Counted from the stretch's first letter, positions 1 through 10,733 are shown. The stretch is DNA of 64,000 nucleotides from Anaeromyxobacteraceae bacterium (GCA_047602405.1 JASGHJ010000001.1:416001-480000), one strand, 5' to 3'. The notes: generated from the sequence alone by a model not told the origin. Numbers and translations: made by a program.

Positions 1-2
1 CG

Positions 3-209
3 GTCTCCGGCAACGCCCGCGTGTCCGAGCACCTCGCGCTCGTCTCCGAGAACTGGTTCCTCCCCGGCTCGTCGAACGGGTTCGTGCTCTCCGGCGCGCT
101 GCGGATCATCTTCCAGCGGCTCGGCGTGGACGTGGGCCTGATGTTCGCGAAGGACGCGGACGTGCCGATCCCCTGGCTCGACTTCACCTGGAACTTCGGC
201 GCGCGCTGA
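3..209 (+). CDS. hypothetical protein, 3' part (runs off the left edge); possible beta-barrel-like C-terminus
   Basis: Open frame from the window start to TGA at 207-209, ending ...PWLDFTWNFGAR; GC-rich codon usage. Confidence 0.6.
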   Translation, partial: VSGNARVSEHLALVSENWFLPGSSNGFVLSGALRIIFQRLGVDVGLMFAKDADVPIPWLDFTWNFGAR

Positions 210-219
210 GGCGAGGCGC

Positions 220-1089
220 TCAGGGCCGCACGCCCGGCGCGTCGCGCCAGAGCCAGCCGAGCGCGTTCGCGAGCGCGATCGGGAAGACGGAGTCGTGCGT
301 CTGTCCGGCGAGGAGGTCCCGCCGGAGCCGGTCGCGCGGGACGCCGCGGGCGGCGAGCAGCTCCGCGGCGCGCACGAGGTCGCCCTGCATCTCGCGCTCC
401 TCGCTGCCCTCGCGGTCGCCGACCGCGAGGTAGACGCGGGCCCTCCCGGCCGCCTCCCGCCCCAGGCGCGCGAGGCCCGCCGGGCCGAGCACCCGCCGGT
501 CCTCGAGCCAGAGCGAGGGGCTCACCGCGACGTGCCCCGCGAAGAGCCCGGGGGCCTCGGAGAGTGCCCACAGCGAGAAGAGCCCGCCGTAGGAGTGTCC
601 GACGAGCACGCGGTCCGAGCCGACGCGGTACTCGCGCTCGAGGAACGGCAGAACCGTGTCGCGCAGGAACGCGAGGAACGCGGGCGCGCCGCCGGTGACG
701 CCGTCGTACGGCGGGCCGTAGCCGCCGCGGGTGGTCGCCCAGGGCGTGTAGTCGCGGCTGCGGTGCATGCGGTACTCGTGCATCGTGGTCGCGCCGACGT
801 ATCCCACGCCGACCACCACGAGCTCGGGCAGGCGGCCGCGGTCGGAGAGGTGGTCCACCATCGCGTGCGCGAGCGGGAACGCGTAGTCGGGGTCGAGCAC
901 GAGGAGCAGGGGATAGCGGCGCGCCGGCTCCGCCGCGAACGACCGCGGCAACGAGACGCGGAGCTCGTGGCGGACGCCCGCCGCGGAGGTGAGCTCGCGC
1001 CGCTCGGTGTGCGGGAGGGCGACCGGCGGCGGCGCTGCGACCGGCGGCGGTGCGGCGAGCGCGGCCGCGAGGAGGAACGGCGCGAGCAT
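220..1089 (-). CDS. alpha/beta hydrolase, putative esterase (IroE/Fes-like), secreted
   Basis: GHSYGG nucleophile motif, 'RDYTP' and 'SPSLW' segments; signal-like N-terminus MLAPFLLAAALAA from ATG 1089. Confidence 0.85.
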   Translation of the reverse strand: MLAPFLLAAALAAPPPVAAPPPVALPHTERRELTSAAGVRHELRVSLPRSFAAEPARRYPLLLVLDPDYAFPLAHAMVDHLSDRGRLPELVVVGVGYVGATTMHEYRMHRSRDYTPWATTRGGYGPPYDGVTGGAPAFLAFLRDTVLPFLEREYRVGSDRVLVGHSYGGLFSLWALSEAPGLFAGHVAVSPSLWLEDRRVLGPAGLARLGREAAGRARVYLAVGDREGSEEREMQGDLVRAAELLAARGVPRDRLRRDLLAGQTHDSVFPIALANALGWLWRDAPGVRP

Positions 1090-1180
1090 CCCGGAGGTAT
1101 ACGCCATCCGGAACGTGACGGGGACCCGCCGGGCACGTAGGCTGGGCGAGGCACGTCGACCTGAGGAGGTCCCCTTGGCC

Positions 1181-1549
1181 GTGAACCCTTCCACCCGCGC
1201 CCGCTTCCGCGAGTACAAGGGCAAGCGCATCTACGTGACCGACGGCTCCGGCCTCGGCCACGACGACATCCTGCGCATCGCCGACAAGTGCGCGGAGGAC
1301 GTCCGCGCCCAGCCGCTCGGCTCGGTGCTGGCGGTCATCCACGCGAAGGACGCGATCATCGACTGGCGCATCATGGAGAAGATGCGCTGGCTCGCGGACG
1401 GCAACCGCCCCCACGTCCGGGCCGCCGCGGTCAGCGGGCTCGCGCCGGTGCACCGGATGATCCTGAAGACGGTCTCGATCGTCACCCGCCGCGACTTCCT
1501 GGTCTTCGAGACGCTGGAGGAGGCCCTGGACGCCCTGGCGAAGCTGTAG
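1181..1549 (+). CDS. small hypothetical protein (STAS/SEC14-like)
   Basis: GAGGAGG RBS at ~1164-1170; protein ...YKGKRIYVTDGSGL...VFETLEEALDALAKL; fold call is inference. Confidence 0.6.
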   Translation: MNPSTRARFREYKGKRIYVTDGSGLGHDDILRIADKCAEDVRAQPLGSVLAVIHAKDAIIDWRIMEKMRWLADGNRPHVRAAAVSGLAPVHRMILKTVSIVTRRDFLVFETLEEALDALAKL

Positions 1550-2438
1550 GCCTCCGGTCGAGCTCCGCCCGGAGCGCGCGCAGGAACGCGTCCCGGAGCG
1601 GGCTCCCCGGCCCCGGCAGCCACGCGGCGCCCACCCGCCACGCGGCCTCGGGCACGAGGAGGGGCAGGATGACGACGCCCTCCACCCGGGTGGCGGTCAC
1701 CGTGCGCGGCACGATGCCGATCCCGGCGCCCGCCGAGACGAGCGCGAGCACGGTGAAGAACTCCTTCGCGGCCTGGACCACCCGCGGGCGGAAGCCGTAG
1801 CGCGCGCAGACCCGGTTCACGTGGGCGTGGAAGGAGGGCGAGCGCGACTCGTCGAGCTCGACGAACGGCTCGTCCCCGAGCACGCCGCCGGAGAGCTTGC
1901 CCAGCGCCGCGGCGCGCGCGGCCGGCACGGCGAGCACCAGCCGCTCCTCGACCACGGGCACGTGCACGAGCGGCCGGTCCACCGGGAGCCGCACGAAGCC
2001 CACGTCGAGCTCCCCCCGCCCGAGCGCGTCCACCTGGGTGGGCGTGGACATGTCCTGGAGCGCCACGCTGACGTCCGGGTGCTGCGCGCGGAACCGCGAG
2101 ACGAGCCGGGGGACGAACAGGCGGGTCGCGATGCCGAAGCCGAGGCGGAGCTCGCCCACCTCACCCCGGGCGATGCGCCGAGCCCGCTCGCCGAGGTGGT
2201 CGGCCTGCCGGAGCAGCGGCGCGACCTCGGCCGCGAAGAGGCGGCCCGCCGGCGTGAGCTGGGCGCCGTGCCGCCCCCGGAGGAAGAGCGGGAGGCCGGC
2301 GGCGTCCTCGAGCTGCCGCACCTGCTTCGTGAGCGCGGGCTGGCTGAGGTGCAGGGCCCCCGCGGCCCGGCCGAAGTGGCCGTGGGCGGCGAGGACCTGG
2401 AACGAGCGGAGGAGGCGCAGCTCGAGGTCGACCGGCAT
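1482..2438 (-). CDS. LysR family transcriptional regulator
   Basis: N-terminal HTH 'HFGRAAGALHLSQPALTKQVRQLE' plus substrate-binding domain; C-terminus overlaps the convergent gene. Confidence 0.95.
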   Translation of the reverse strand: MPVDLELRLLRSFQVLAAHGHFGRAAGALHLSQPALTKQVRQLEDAAGLPLFLRGRHGAQLTPAGRLFAAEVAPLLRQADHLGERARRIARGEVGELRLGFGIATRLFVPRLVSRFRAQHPDVSVALQDMSTPTQVDALGRGELDVGFVRLPVDRPLVHVPVVEERLVLAVPAARAAALGKLSGGVLGDEPFVELDESRSPSFHAHVNRVCARYGFRPRVVQAAKEFFTVLALVSAGAGIGIVPRTVTATRVEGVVILPLLVPEAAWRVGAAWLPGPGSPLRDAFLRALRAELDRRPTASPGRPGPPPASRRPGSRGG

Positions 2439-2440
2439 TC

Positions 2441-2457
2441 GATAACCTTAGGTTATC
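2441..2457. promoter_or_regulatory. LysR-type operator (T-N11-A palindrome)
   Basis: GATAACCT-T-AGGTTATC perfect inverted repeat immediately upstream of the LysR start codon; T2443-N11-A2455. Confidence 0.8.
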
Positions 2458-2564
2458 CGACCTTGGCCTTCAATCGATTGGACGTCCGCGGCGCCCGGCG
2501 GCATGGTCCGGGGCGTGGCTCCGGGTGGCACGCCGCCCCCCGCCCACGCGGAGAACACGCCGTC

Positions 2565-2651
2565 ATGACGTTCCTCAGGTCGATCGCCAGCGCCGCCGTC
2601 CGGGCCGCCCGCGCCAACGCGTGCGAGAAGCTCGCCGAGTGGGCCCCGTAG
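2565..2651 (+). CDS. putative 28-aa small protein divergent from LysR
   Basis: GGAG RBS-like element upstream; MTFLRSIASAAVRAARANACEKLAEWAP; located downstream of the LysR operator. Confidence 0.4.
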   Translation: MTFLRSIASAAVRAARANACEKLAEWAP

Positions 2652-2682
2652 CGGCGGCGCCGGGGTACGGCGCGCGCGTCCC

Positions 2683-4725
2683 TCAGGGCGCGAGGACGTG
2701 CAGCGCGCTCGCCGAGCCCGAGTTGTTCCCGATCGGGGTGAGGACCCAGTTCCAGTGCAGCGTGGCCGTCGAGGCCGTCCAGACGTGGCCGCGGCAGTCG
2801 GAGTTGTTCATCGTCGAGCCGTCGGTCTGCCCGGCGTAGTTGACGAAGTCGAAGAACGCGCCGGCGGGGGCCCCGGCTGCGTAGCCGAGCGCCGGCCCCT
2901 GCCCGAGCCCGCAGGCCGCGATCGCGAGGCCGTCCGGCGCGCCGGGCGTGAGCGCGGGGAAGTCGGACACGCTCGAGGCGCCGGAGATGTCGAGGAAGCC
3001 GTCCGTCGCCCCGGTCGCCCCGATGGGCGCGGCGGCGGCGCCCGCGAGGTCGTACACGGTGAAGCTCGCCGGCTGCGGGGTGCCCGCGATGGTGAGCGTG
3101 AGCGCGAGGTCGCCGCCCACCTGCGCGCCCGGCGCCACCCAGAACTGCGGGCGCCCGCTCCCGTCGATGGCCTGGGTCCAGGCGTTCCCCTTCGAGTCGG
3201 TGAGCGCGGCGATGGTGACGATGAAGTCCTCGTGGGTCACGAGCAGGAGCGTGTTCCCGGACGAGGGCGCCTGCAGGCGGAACGGCCCGGTCCCGAAGGT
3301 CTCGTTGGTGAAGTGGAGGATCCGCACGATCCGCAGGCCGCCGCCGGGCGGGGTGCCGGCCCGCGCCGCGCGCAGCGCGATGGCGAGCCCGACGAAGGGG
3401 TCGTGCTGCGGCGCCATGGCCGCGGTCAGGGCCGGCGTGATGGGGGCCGCCGCGGCCTGGACGCCCCACTCGCTCGCGTGGTGGCAGGAGGCGTCGCGGT
3501 GCCAGGCGACGTTCGCGTCCAGGAGCTCGAACCCGGCCCCGGCCGTGAAGCCGGTCACGTCGTTGCCCGAGCCGGGGCTCGCGTCGTCCCAGAAGAGCGC
3601 CCAGATCGCGTTGCCGCCCGCGGCGTCGTTGTCCTCGGGCGTGAAGGTGCCGGCGGAGAGGTCCGGGGCCTGCACGAGGCTCCTCGAGGTGCTGCCGCTC
3701 ACCGGGTTCACGGTCGCGATGCCGGCGAGCTCGGTGACGGTGTACTGGAACGGGATCACGTTCCCGGTGAAGTGGACGGTGAGGGTGTGGACGCCGGGCG
3801 CCGCGTCGGGCAGCACGAAGATGGCGAGGTCCACGTTGCCCGCGGCGTCCACCGCGACGGCGGCGGGGGTGGTGGGCCAGGTGCCGTTCGTGTCGGTGAC
3901 CGGGGTCGCGGCGAGGGTGCCGCTCGCGCCGTAGGCGATGCCGAGCACGAGGCAGTTCCCCGGGAGCACCGGGTTCGGCAGCGTGAACCTGAAGTGGTTG
4001 CCCGACTCGGTCTTGCCCGGCGCGTTCGTCGAGGAGGCGAGGTGCTGCACGAGCGTCGGGCGGTCGGCGCCGGCGGTGAACGTCGTCGCCTGGACGGGCG
4101 CGGAGGACGCCGAGACGTTGCCGGCGGCGTCGCGGGCCGCGACGGTGTACGCATGCGGGGACGCGGTGGCGAGGCCGGTGTCGGACCACGAGGTCGAGGT
4201 CACGGTCGCGGCCGCGGCGCCGTCGCGGGTCACGAGGTAGGCGGTGACGCCGACGTCGTCGGTCGAGGCGCTCCAGGCGAGGTCGATGCGCGACGGGGAG
4301 GCCGGGGTGGCGGTGAGCCCGGCGGGCACCGAGGGCGGGGTCGTGTCCGGTGCCGCGGCGGTCTGGAGCGTCGCGTCGGGGCCGAGCGCGACGTTGCCGG
4401 CCGCGTCGGCGGACCGGACGCGGAAGTGGTAGGTCGTCGCGGGCGCGAGGCCGGCGAGGGCCACCGCGTGGGCGAGGGAGCGCCCGGCCGTCGTCGAGGT
4501 CGAGCCGTAGGCGGCGGAGGCGCCGTACTCGACGGCGCTCGTGGCGGGCTCGTCGGTGGTCCAGGACACGGTGGCCGAGGTCGCTCCCGGCGTCCCGACC
4601 GTCACGCCGGAGACGACGGGCGAGGTGGTGTCGGCGGGCGGAGGCGGCCTCGAGCCGCCGGCGCCGCCGCAAGCGACGAGGACCACGAGCGCGAGGAGGG
4701 CGGGCAGGAGGCGAAGGGGCGTCAC
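2683..4725 (-). CDS. fibronectin type III domain lipoprotein
   Basis: Lipobox LVAC; two Fn3-like repeats (VSWTTDEPATSAVEYG...YHFRVRSADAAGN; LAWSASTDDVGVTAY...YTVAARDAAGNVS); Ala/Thr/Gly-rich C-terminal region. Confidence 0.85.
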   Translation of the reverse strand: MTPLRLLPALLALVVLVACGGAGGSRPPPPADTTSPVVSGVTVGTPGATSATVSWTTDEPATSAVEYGASAAYGSTSTTAGRSLAHAVALAGLAPATTYHFRVRSADAAGNVALGPDATLQTAAAPDTTPPSVPAGLTATPASPSRIDLAWSASTDDVGVTAYLVTRDGAAAATVTSTSWSDTGLATASPHAYTVAARDAAGNVSASSAPVQATTFTAGADRPTLVQHLASSTNAPGKTESGNHFRFTLPNPVLPGNCLVLGIAYGASGTLAATPVTDTNGTWPTTPAAVAVDAAGNVDLAIFVLPDAAPGVHTLTVHFTGNVIPFQYTVTELAGIATVNPVSGSTSRSLVQAPDLSAGTFTPEDNDAAGGNAIWALFWDDASPGSGNDVTGFTAGAGFELLDANVAWHRDASCHHASEWGVQAAAAPITPALTAAMAPQHDPFVGLAIALRAARAGTPPGGGLRIVRILHFTNETFGTGPFRLQAPSSGNTLLLVTHEDFIVTIAALTDSKGNAWTQAIDGSGRPQFWVAPGAQVGGDLALTLTIAGTPQPASFTVYDLAGAAAAPIGATGATDGFLDISGASSVSDFPALTPGAPDGLAIAACGLGQGPALGYAAGAPAGAFFDFVNYAGQTDGSTMNNSDCRGHVWTASTATLHWNWVLTPIGNNSGSASALHVLAP

Positions 4726-4796
4726 GATGCCCCGATGCTACGGCCTCGGCCCCGCCTGGCCAGTCCCGCGCCGACCCGACCCCCCCGGCGGGCCTC

Positions 4797-4834
4797 GAAA
4801 GGAAGGGGCGGACGCCGCGATCGGCGCCCGCCCC
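4797..4834 (-). terminator. intrinsic terminator of the decaheme cytochrome gene
   Basis: Minus strand GGGGCGGGCGCCG-ATCG-CGGCGTCCGCCCC followed by TTCCTTTC. Confidence 0.75.
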
Positions 4835-4863
4835 CGTGACTTCACGGCGACTTCAACGCGGCG

Positions 4864-7668
4864 CTACCGGTGGCAGGCCTTGCAGGCCTCCTCCTCGTCG
4901 CCGCTCCACTCCGCGTACGGCGTGGGGTCGTAGGTCATCGACTTCATGTGCGCGAGCGCCGCGTCGGTGTCGTGGCAGCCGCGGCACGCGACGCGGTTCG
5001 GGTTGGTCTTCCAGGTGCCGCTCGTCTCGCCCGCGGGGTGGCAGGACTCGCAGTTCCGGACGTCCATCGGGTACACGATGTACCAGTTGCGGCCCGGGAC
5101 GCTCTCCTCGTGGTCGACCGTGATCGTCGGCGTGGAGAGGTTCGCCCCGTTGTGGATCGAGTGGACCCGGCGGGAGATCGGCTTCGTGCTGCCGCCGGTC
5201 GTCCAGGTCCGCGTGGTGAGCGTCTCGGCGGAGGCGTAGTCGTGGCAGCCGCCGCACTGATCCAGGGCCCGCGCGTCGAAGAGCTTGTCGTGGCGCGGGT
5301 AGTCGAGGATGTAGCCTGTGTTGGACGCGTAGCTCCAGTGGCAGGTGTCGCAGTTCTTCGCGATGGGGAGCTCCTCGGCCTCCTGCTTCACCTGGAACGT
5401 CTTCACCGCCACCGACGGCGTGCGGTAGCTGGCGGAGGTCGCGCCGCGGCCCATGTCGGCGAACTCGACGTTCACGACGTAGGTGCCCGGCTTCATGTAC
5501 GGGTCGATCGGGTCGAGCGTGTACTTGATGCCGGCCGCCGTGAGCGTCAGCTTCGGGTCGTTGTTGGCCGTGTTGGTGCGCGCGCGCAGCTGCGACGCGC
5601 CGCCGGTCGCCTTCGCGTCGTGGTCGGTGCCGCCGGTGAAGACGAGCTGGTTGAGGCTGGTGGCGTCGGTCAGCGCCGGGACCTGCACGGTCGTGTTGGC
5701 GAGCGTCGGCCGGCTGCGGATCGCGAAGCGCTGGGTCGCCTCGTCGAGGTACGCGATGGCCCGGTCGCGGAACAGGAAGTTCCGCTCGTTGTAGGTGAAC
5801 GTCGCGTTCGGGCCCATGAGGAACGTCACGAGCTCGGCGGCGGTCGCGGCGGCCGGGGCGGCGAAGGCCGTGTCGGGCACCGAGACGGTGAAGTCACCGG
5901 GCACGAGCACGTCCTCGCCCTCCTGCATGAGGACGATGAAGTTGCCGGAGTCGACGATCACGCGCAGCGCGGCGGCGCCCGCGGCGCTGAGGTCCCACGG
6001 CCCGGCGGAGGTCGCGACGACGCGGGCCCGCGCGTTCATGGCGAGCACCGGGACGCGCAGGGCGCGCGGACCGGTCACGTACATGTTGGCGTTGCGGAAC
6101 AGGCCGTCCGCCGTCTCGTTGCACTCCGTCCCCTCGGCGCCGGTCTTGGGGGTGCAGCCCTCACCGGTGGGGTCCTCGACGACCGTGGTGTGGTCGATGG
6201 GGGTGCCGTTCTTCGAGAGGACCACCGTCACGACGGGGACCTCGCCGTCCACGTAGAACTTGGCGTTCGCCGGGGCGGACATCGTCACCGCAACGTCGAA
6301 CTCGGGGACGTTGCGGACGTCCTTCTTCGTGAAGGCGTGCGCGTTCGGCACCGAGGCCGCGTTCGTGCCCGACGACGGGTGGCAGGTGGTGCACGCGCCG
6401 TCGGTGGTCTGCGCGATGTTGTTGGAGGAGTGGCCCGCGCCGGTGGCGAAGTTGATGTTGTCGTGGCAGGAGCCGCACGCCTTGCGCGACGGGACGGCCT
6501 TCCAGTTGTCCTTCTGCGCGCCCGCGCCGTCGTGGCACGCCGTGCAGTTCGCGATCACGGCCGGGAAGGCGCCGAACCAGGAGTGCTTCGAGTTCGAGTT
6601 GCCCCAGATGGCGTACTCGTGGTTGTCCGCCGACTCGTCGGCGAGGGTGGCCGGGTTGTCCCAGTAGGTCCAGTCGGCGCCCGCCACCGAGGGGAGCTCA
6701 CCGCCGGCGTGGATGCGGTGGATCATCACCGTCATGTCGATGCTCTCGCCGCCGTGCGGATCGACGCCGTCCTGCGCGGTGCCGTCGGAGCTGTGGCAGG
6801 TCACGCAGCCCTGCATGGTCAGGCGATCGCCGCCGTGGCCGGCGAACTCGGGGCCGTGGCACTTCACGCACACCGAGGTCGGGATGATGTCGCGCTTCGT
6901 GACCGCGCCGGAGCCGTCCGGCACGAAGTCGAACGTCGCCTCGGCGGTCGGGCCGCTGTGCCCGCCCATCATGATCTGCACGCGGTGGGTGAGGTTGCGC
7001 TGGTAGGGGATCGCGACCCCGTCGACCGTGACGGCCGAGAGGTTGAGCGCGAAGCGATAGGAGTACTGGCCGGCGCCGAGGTTGGTGAGGACGCCGTTGT
7101 TCTCGCGGCTGCCCTGGCGGGCCTTCGTGCCGTCGGGCTTCGGCCAGTTGCCGGTCGCCGAGCCGGAGACGGTCTGGACGCGCTGGTTGTAGTCGACCCA
7201 GCGGCTCCACGCGACGTCCGCGGCCGGCGGGACCAGCTTCGCGACCAGCGCCTGGACCGCGGTGAGGTTGGTGACCGGCGTCGCGCCGTCGGCCACGTTG
7301 AAGGCGACCGTGACGACGCCGGCGGCGTCGGCGGTGGCGCCGGTGATCGTGGCGGTCACGAACTTCTTCGCGCCGTTGGCGTACTCGCCGGTGGAGAGGA
7401 GCCAGTCCTCACCGTGGAAGTTGACGACCGCGAGGTCGCTGCCGTCCTGCCCGGCGGGGCCGGTCGCGCCCGTGGGGCCCGTCGCGCCCGTGGGGCCCGT
7501 CGCGCCGGTGGGACCCGTCGCGCCGGTGGGGCCGGTCGGACCGGTCGGACCGGCCGCGCCGTTCGTCCCGTTCGTCCCGTCCGTGCCGTCCGTACCCGAG
7601 CAACCCACGATGAACACCGCCGCCACCATGGCCGCGAACACGCGGCCCGCCATCACCGTTCGTCTCAT
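4864..7668 (-). CDS. OmcA/MtrC family decaheme c-type cytochrome lipoprotein
   Basis: 10 CxxCH motifs in a 5+5 arrangement (CVKCH, CVTCH, CTACH, CGSCH, CTTCH; CDTCH, CGGCH, CESCH, CRGCH, CKACH); lipobox IVGC; GGAGG-like RBS before ATG 7668. Confidence 0.9.
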   Translation of the reverse strand: MRRTVMAGRVFAAMVAAVFIVGCSGTDGTDGTNGTNGAAGPTGPTGPTGATGPTGATGPTGATGPTGATGPAGQDGSDLAVVNFHGEDWLLSTGEYANGAKKFVTATITGATADAAGVVTVAFNVADGATPVTNLTAVQALVAKLVPPAADVAWSRWVDYNQRVQTVSGSATGNWPKPDGTKARQGSRENNGVLTNLGAGQYSYRFALNLSAVTVDGVAIPYQRNLTHRVQIMMGGHSGPTAEATFDFVPDGSGAVTKRDIIPTSVCVKCHGPEFAGHGGDRLTMQGCVTCHSSDGTAQDGVDPHGGESIDMTVMIHRIHAGGELPSVAGADWTYWDNPATLADESADNHEYAIWGNSNSKHSWFGAFPAVIANCTACHDGAGAQKDNWKAVPSRKACGSCHDNINFATGAGHSSNNIAQTTDGACTTCHPSSGTNAASVPNAHAFTKKDVRNVPEFDVAVTMSAPANAKFYVDGEVPVVTVVLSKNGTPIDHTTVVEDPTGEGCTPKTGAEGTECNETADGLFRNANMYVTGPRALRVPVLAMNARARVVATSAGPWDLSAAGAAALRVIVDSGNFIVLMQEGEDVLVPGDFTVSVPDTAFAAPAAATAAELVTFLMGPNATFTYNERNFLFRDRAIAYLDEATQRFAIRSRPTLANTTVQVPALTDATSLNQLVFTGGTDHDAKATGGASQLRARTNTANNDPKLTLTAAGIKYTLDPIDPYMKPGTYVVNVEFADMGRGATSASYRTPSVAVKTFQVKQEAEELPIAKNCDTCHWSYASNTGYILDYPRHDKLFDARALDQCGGCHDYASAETLTTRTWTTGGSTKPISRRVHSIHNGANLSTPTITVDHEESVPGRNWYIVYPMDVRNCESCHPAGETSGTWKTNPNRVACRGCHDTDAALAHMKSMTYDPTPYAEWSGDEEEACKACHR
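7445..7597 (-). repeat. collagen-like (Gly-X-Y)n tandem repeat within the decaheme gene
   Basis: About 17 consecutive triplets [33 protein letters not shown]...GPAGQD; 9/18-bp DNA periodicity. Confidence 0.9.
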
Positions 7669-8133
7669 GGAGCCCCTCCGAGGGTTCGTTCTCTCGAACT
7701 GCGCCGGCGAACGACCGCGTGCCCGGCTGGCCCGCGGCTCATCGCCGACGCGAGCGTGCAGGCTTGCATGGCGCGTGCGCCGGGGAGGTGTGGTCACTCG
7801 ACGCGAGGCTACGTGCCGCGCGCCGATCGGCGCTGTGCGGTGATGGCGCAGGTGAGGTGAACGGTTCGTGAACGGAGCGCCGCGCGACCGCGGCCGCGGC
7901 GCGCGCCTGCGCGGCCCCGCGATGCGGCGAGCGCTGCTCCGACTCGCGCGGGCATGCGCGGCTCGCCGCGCCCCGCGCGGGTGAGACGGGGCGGCGCGAG
8001 CATTGCGGGGGCGCACCAAGACTGGCCGGGGACGCCGCCCTCTTCGGAGCCCCCCGTAACGCCGCGCCACGCCCGCGGACAGGAGCGCTCGGGATGCGCG
8101 GCCTCCGCCGTGCCCCGACGGAGGTTCCACGAC

Positions 8134-8826
8134 ATGAAGCCGACGACCCTGCTCCTCGCCCTCTCCCTCACGCTCACCGCCACCGCCGCGCGCGGCGGCG
8201 ACGACGCCGCCCAGTACCGCGTCGTCTTCACCGGCGCCTGGACCGCCGCGAGCCATCCCCTCGAGTACCCGAAGGCGGGCCTCCTCACCGGCCCCCACTT
8301 CTCCGGCCTCATCGGCGCCACGCACGCCAGGGGCTGGGAGCTCTTCATGCCCGGCGCGCTGCCCACGCCGGGCCTCGAGCGGCTCTCCGAGGAGGGGAAG
8401 CACAGCCCGCTCGACGCCGAGATCCGCGCCGCCATCTCCGCCGGCAAGGCGGGCACGCTGTTCGAGACCGGGCCCATCCGCGACATGACGCGCACCGAGA
8501 CGGTCGTGTTCCGGGTCGACGCCGCCCACCCGCTCGTCTCCGCGGTCGCGATGATCGCGCCGTCGCCGGACTGGTTCGCCGGCGCGGCCGACGTCGACCT
8601 CCGCGAGGGCGGACGGTGGGTCGAGGCGCGCGAGGTGGTGCTCTACGCGTACGACGCGGGCTCCGACGACGGCACCACGTACGAGGCGCCGGACCAGGAC
8701 GCGACCCCGAAGCACCCCACCGCGCTCAACGACTCGCCCCACTTCAAGCGCGGCGGTGAGCGCGTCCCCGTCGGGAAGCTCACGTTCACCCGCGTCGGCG
8801 ACGCCGGCGCCGTGGGGTCGCGGTGA
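8134..8826 (+). CDS. Spondin_N domain secreted protein
   Basis: Signal peptide; '[17 protein letters not shown]', '[10 protein letters not shown]', 'MIAPSPDWF', '[10 protein letters not shown]' motifs typical of Spondin_N. Confidence 0.85.
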   Translation: MKPTTLLLALSLTLTATAARGGDDAAQYRVVFTGAWTAASHPLEYPKAGLLTGPHFSGLIGATHARGWELFMPGALPTPGLERLSEEGKHSPLDAEIRAAISAGKAGTLFETGPIRDMTRTETVVFRVDAAHPLVSAVAMIAPSPDWFAGAADVDLREGGRWVEAREVVLYAYDAGSDDGTTYEAPDQDATPKHPTALNDSPHFKRGGERVPVGKLTFTRVGDAGAVGSR

Positions 8827-9926
8827 CCGCCGGCGGGCGCACCGGAGGCCGCGCGTCCGCGCGCGCCCGCCTGGCCGTGCCCCTCGCCGCCGCGCTCGTC
8901 GCGGCGGCCGGGGCGGGCTGCGCGCTCCGCCCGCCGGTCGCCGGGGCGGGCGAGGCCGTGAACCTCGCGCTGTCGGGCGAGCTCGCGTACGTGGCGCTCG
9001 GCGAGGCCGGGCTCGGCGTGTACGACCTGCGCGCCCGGCGCATGACGACGGTGGTCCCGCCCGACGGCGACGCCGCGAGCGTCGACGACCTCGCGCTCGC
9101 GGACGGGTTCCTCTTCGCGCTCGACGCGCGCGCCCCGGGTCACCTCTCCGCGTACGCGCTCGCAGAGCCGGCGCGGCCGCGCCGGCTGCCGGGGGCGCTC
9201 ACGGTGCCCGTGGAGCCGTTCTCGGGCGTCTCCGCGGACGGCGGGCGGGTGGTCGTCTCGGGTGGCACGAAGGTGCTGACCGTCGCGCGGTACGGCGCGG
9301 ACGGCGCCCTCCACGCGACCGGCGAGGCCGAGCTCGGGCGGGGTCAGCCGGACGTGCTCGTCGCCCCCGGCGGCGCGGTGGCCTACGTCTCGACGCACTT
9401 CTCCCTCCTGCGCGCCACCTACGGCATCACCGCGCTCGCGCTCGACGCCCCGCCTCGCGCGCTCTCCGCCCTCGAGATCGAGGGCGCGGGGTTCGTGCGG
9501 GGCGCCGCCAAGCCCGCGAGCTTCGCGCTCGAGGCCGCGCTCGAGGGGACGACGCTCTTCGTGGCCTCCGGCGCCGGCCTCACGGTCGTGGACGTGTCCG
9601 ACCCGGCGGCGCTCCGGACCCTCGGGACGCTCGCCCTGCCGGTGACGCCGGTCAACGTCGACGTGCGGGATGGCGTCGCGGCGCTGGTGGGCAGCGCACC
9701 CACGCCGGCGCTCGTCCTCGTGGACGTGCGGCGGCCGGCGGAGCCGAGGTTGCTCTCGGTCCGGAGCCTGTCACGGGAGGTGCAGCCCACCGCGGTCGCG
9801 CTGGACGGTGAGCGGATCGTCATCGCCGGTCGCGCAGCGGGCGTGCTGGTGCTCGACCGCGGGGACACGCCCACCTCGCGGGAGACGCCCCACGCGGGCG
9901 GCACGCCGCACGCCTCCCGCCCGTAA
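8823..9926 (+). CDS. LVIVD-repeat (beta-propeller-like) lipoprotein
   Basis: AGAGC lipobox; repeats [45 protein letters not shown] overlap with the upstream gene. Confidence 0.7.
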   Translation: MTAGGRTGGRASARARLAVPLAAALVAAAGAGCALRPPVAGAGEAVNLALSGELAYVALGEAGLGVYDLRARRMTTVVPPDGDAASVDDLALADGFLFALDARAPGHLSAYALAEPARPRRLPGALTVPVEPFSGVSADGGRVVVSGGTKVLTVARYGADGALHATGEAELGRGQPDVLVAPGGAVAYVSTHFSLLRATYGITALALDAPPRALSALEIEGAGFVRGAAKPASFALEAALEGTTLFVASGAGLTVVDVSDPAALRTLGTLALPVTPVNVDVRDGVAALVGSAPTPALVLVDVRRPAEPRLLSVRSLSREVQPTAVALDGERIVIAGRAAGVLVLDRGDTPTSRETPHAGGTPHASRP

Positions 9927-9941
9927 GACCTCTCACCTGGA

Positions 9942-10733
9942 GTGATTGCGATGGCCCCCTTGCGAGCCTTCTCCGGCATCCCGGCCGAGCTCCCGCAGGC
10001 CCGCCTGGTGCTGCACCACGCCGTCCAGCCGGTCGCCGCCGTCGGGCAGGGGCTCCTGCCCCGGGCGCACGACGACGCGCAGCAGGCGCTCACGCTCGGG
10101 CCGGCGGGCCGGCTCCTCGGCGCGCCGGTGGCGGGAGGACTCCGCGCGGGGCTCGACGCCGTGACGCTCGAGCTCCTGCTCTGCGACGCGGGCGGCGAAC
10201 CCGTGGCGCGCGCGTCGCTCACGGGGATGACGCTCGCCGGCGCGGTGGCGTTCCTCGCGGGCGCGCTCTCCGAGCGCGGCGTGCGCGGCGCGCCGGTGCT
10301 GCCGGCCCACCCGGCCGACTTCCCCCGCCACGCCATCGGGGCCGGCGCCCGGTTCCCTGCCGTCGATCGCGGCGCGCTCCGCGCGCTGGCGCGGCTCCAC
10401 GAGCTCTCGGCGCCGATCCTCGAGGCGCTGTCGGGCGCCGTCCCGCGCCTGTGGCCCCACCACCTCGATCTCGCCGTGACCACCGCGCGCGGCGGGCCGA
10501 GCTTCACGCTGGGCGTATCGCCGGGCGACGGCGAGGACGGCCTCCCGTACGCCTACGCGACCCCGTGGCCCCATCCCCCGCGGGAGGCGCTCCCGCCGCT
10601 CGCGGGCGGCGGCCGCTGGCGGACGGAGGGCTGGTTCGGCGCCGAGCTCCCCGTGGCGAGCCTGGACGACCCACCCCAGGCGCAGCTCGCCGACTTCTTC
10701 GAGTCGGCCCTCCGGACCTCCGCGAAGGCGTGA
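9942..10733 (+). CDS. hypothetical protein (DUF5996-like)
   Basis: 'LWPHHLDLAVT', 'GVSPGD...PYAYATPWP', 'GRWRTEGWFGA' segments; family call from memory. Confidence 0.55.
   Translation: MIAMAPLRAFSGIPAELPQARLVLHHAVQPVAAVGQGLLPRAHDDAQQALTLGPAGRLLGAPVAGGLRAGLDAVTLELLLCDAGGEPVARASLTGMTLAGAVAFLAGALSERGVRGAPVLPAHPADFPRHAIGAGARFPAVDRGALRALARLHELSAPILEALSGAVPRLWPHHLDLAVTTARGGPSFTLGVSPGDGEDGLPYAYATPWPHPPREALPPLAGGGRWRTEGWFGAELPVASLDDPPQAQLADFFESALRTSAKA

Noticed and set aside
7445..7597. Tandem repeats as a CRISPR array
   Set aside because: No spacers; 9-bp periodicity encoding Gly-X-Y within a CDS
7760..7825. Sigma54 promoter for the decaheme gene
   Set aside because: The GGCACG-like candidates have GG-N11-GC or GG-N12-GC spacing, not N10
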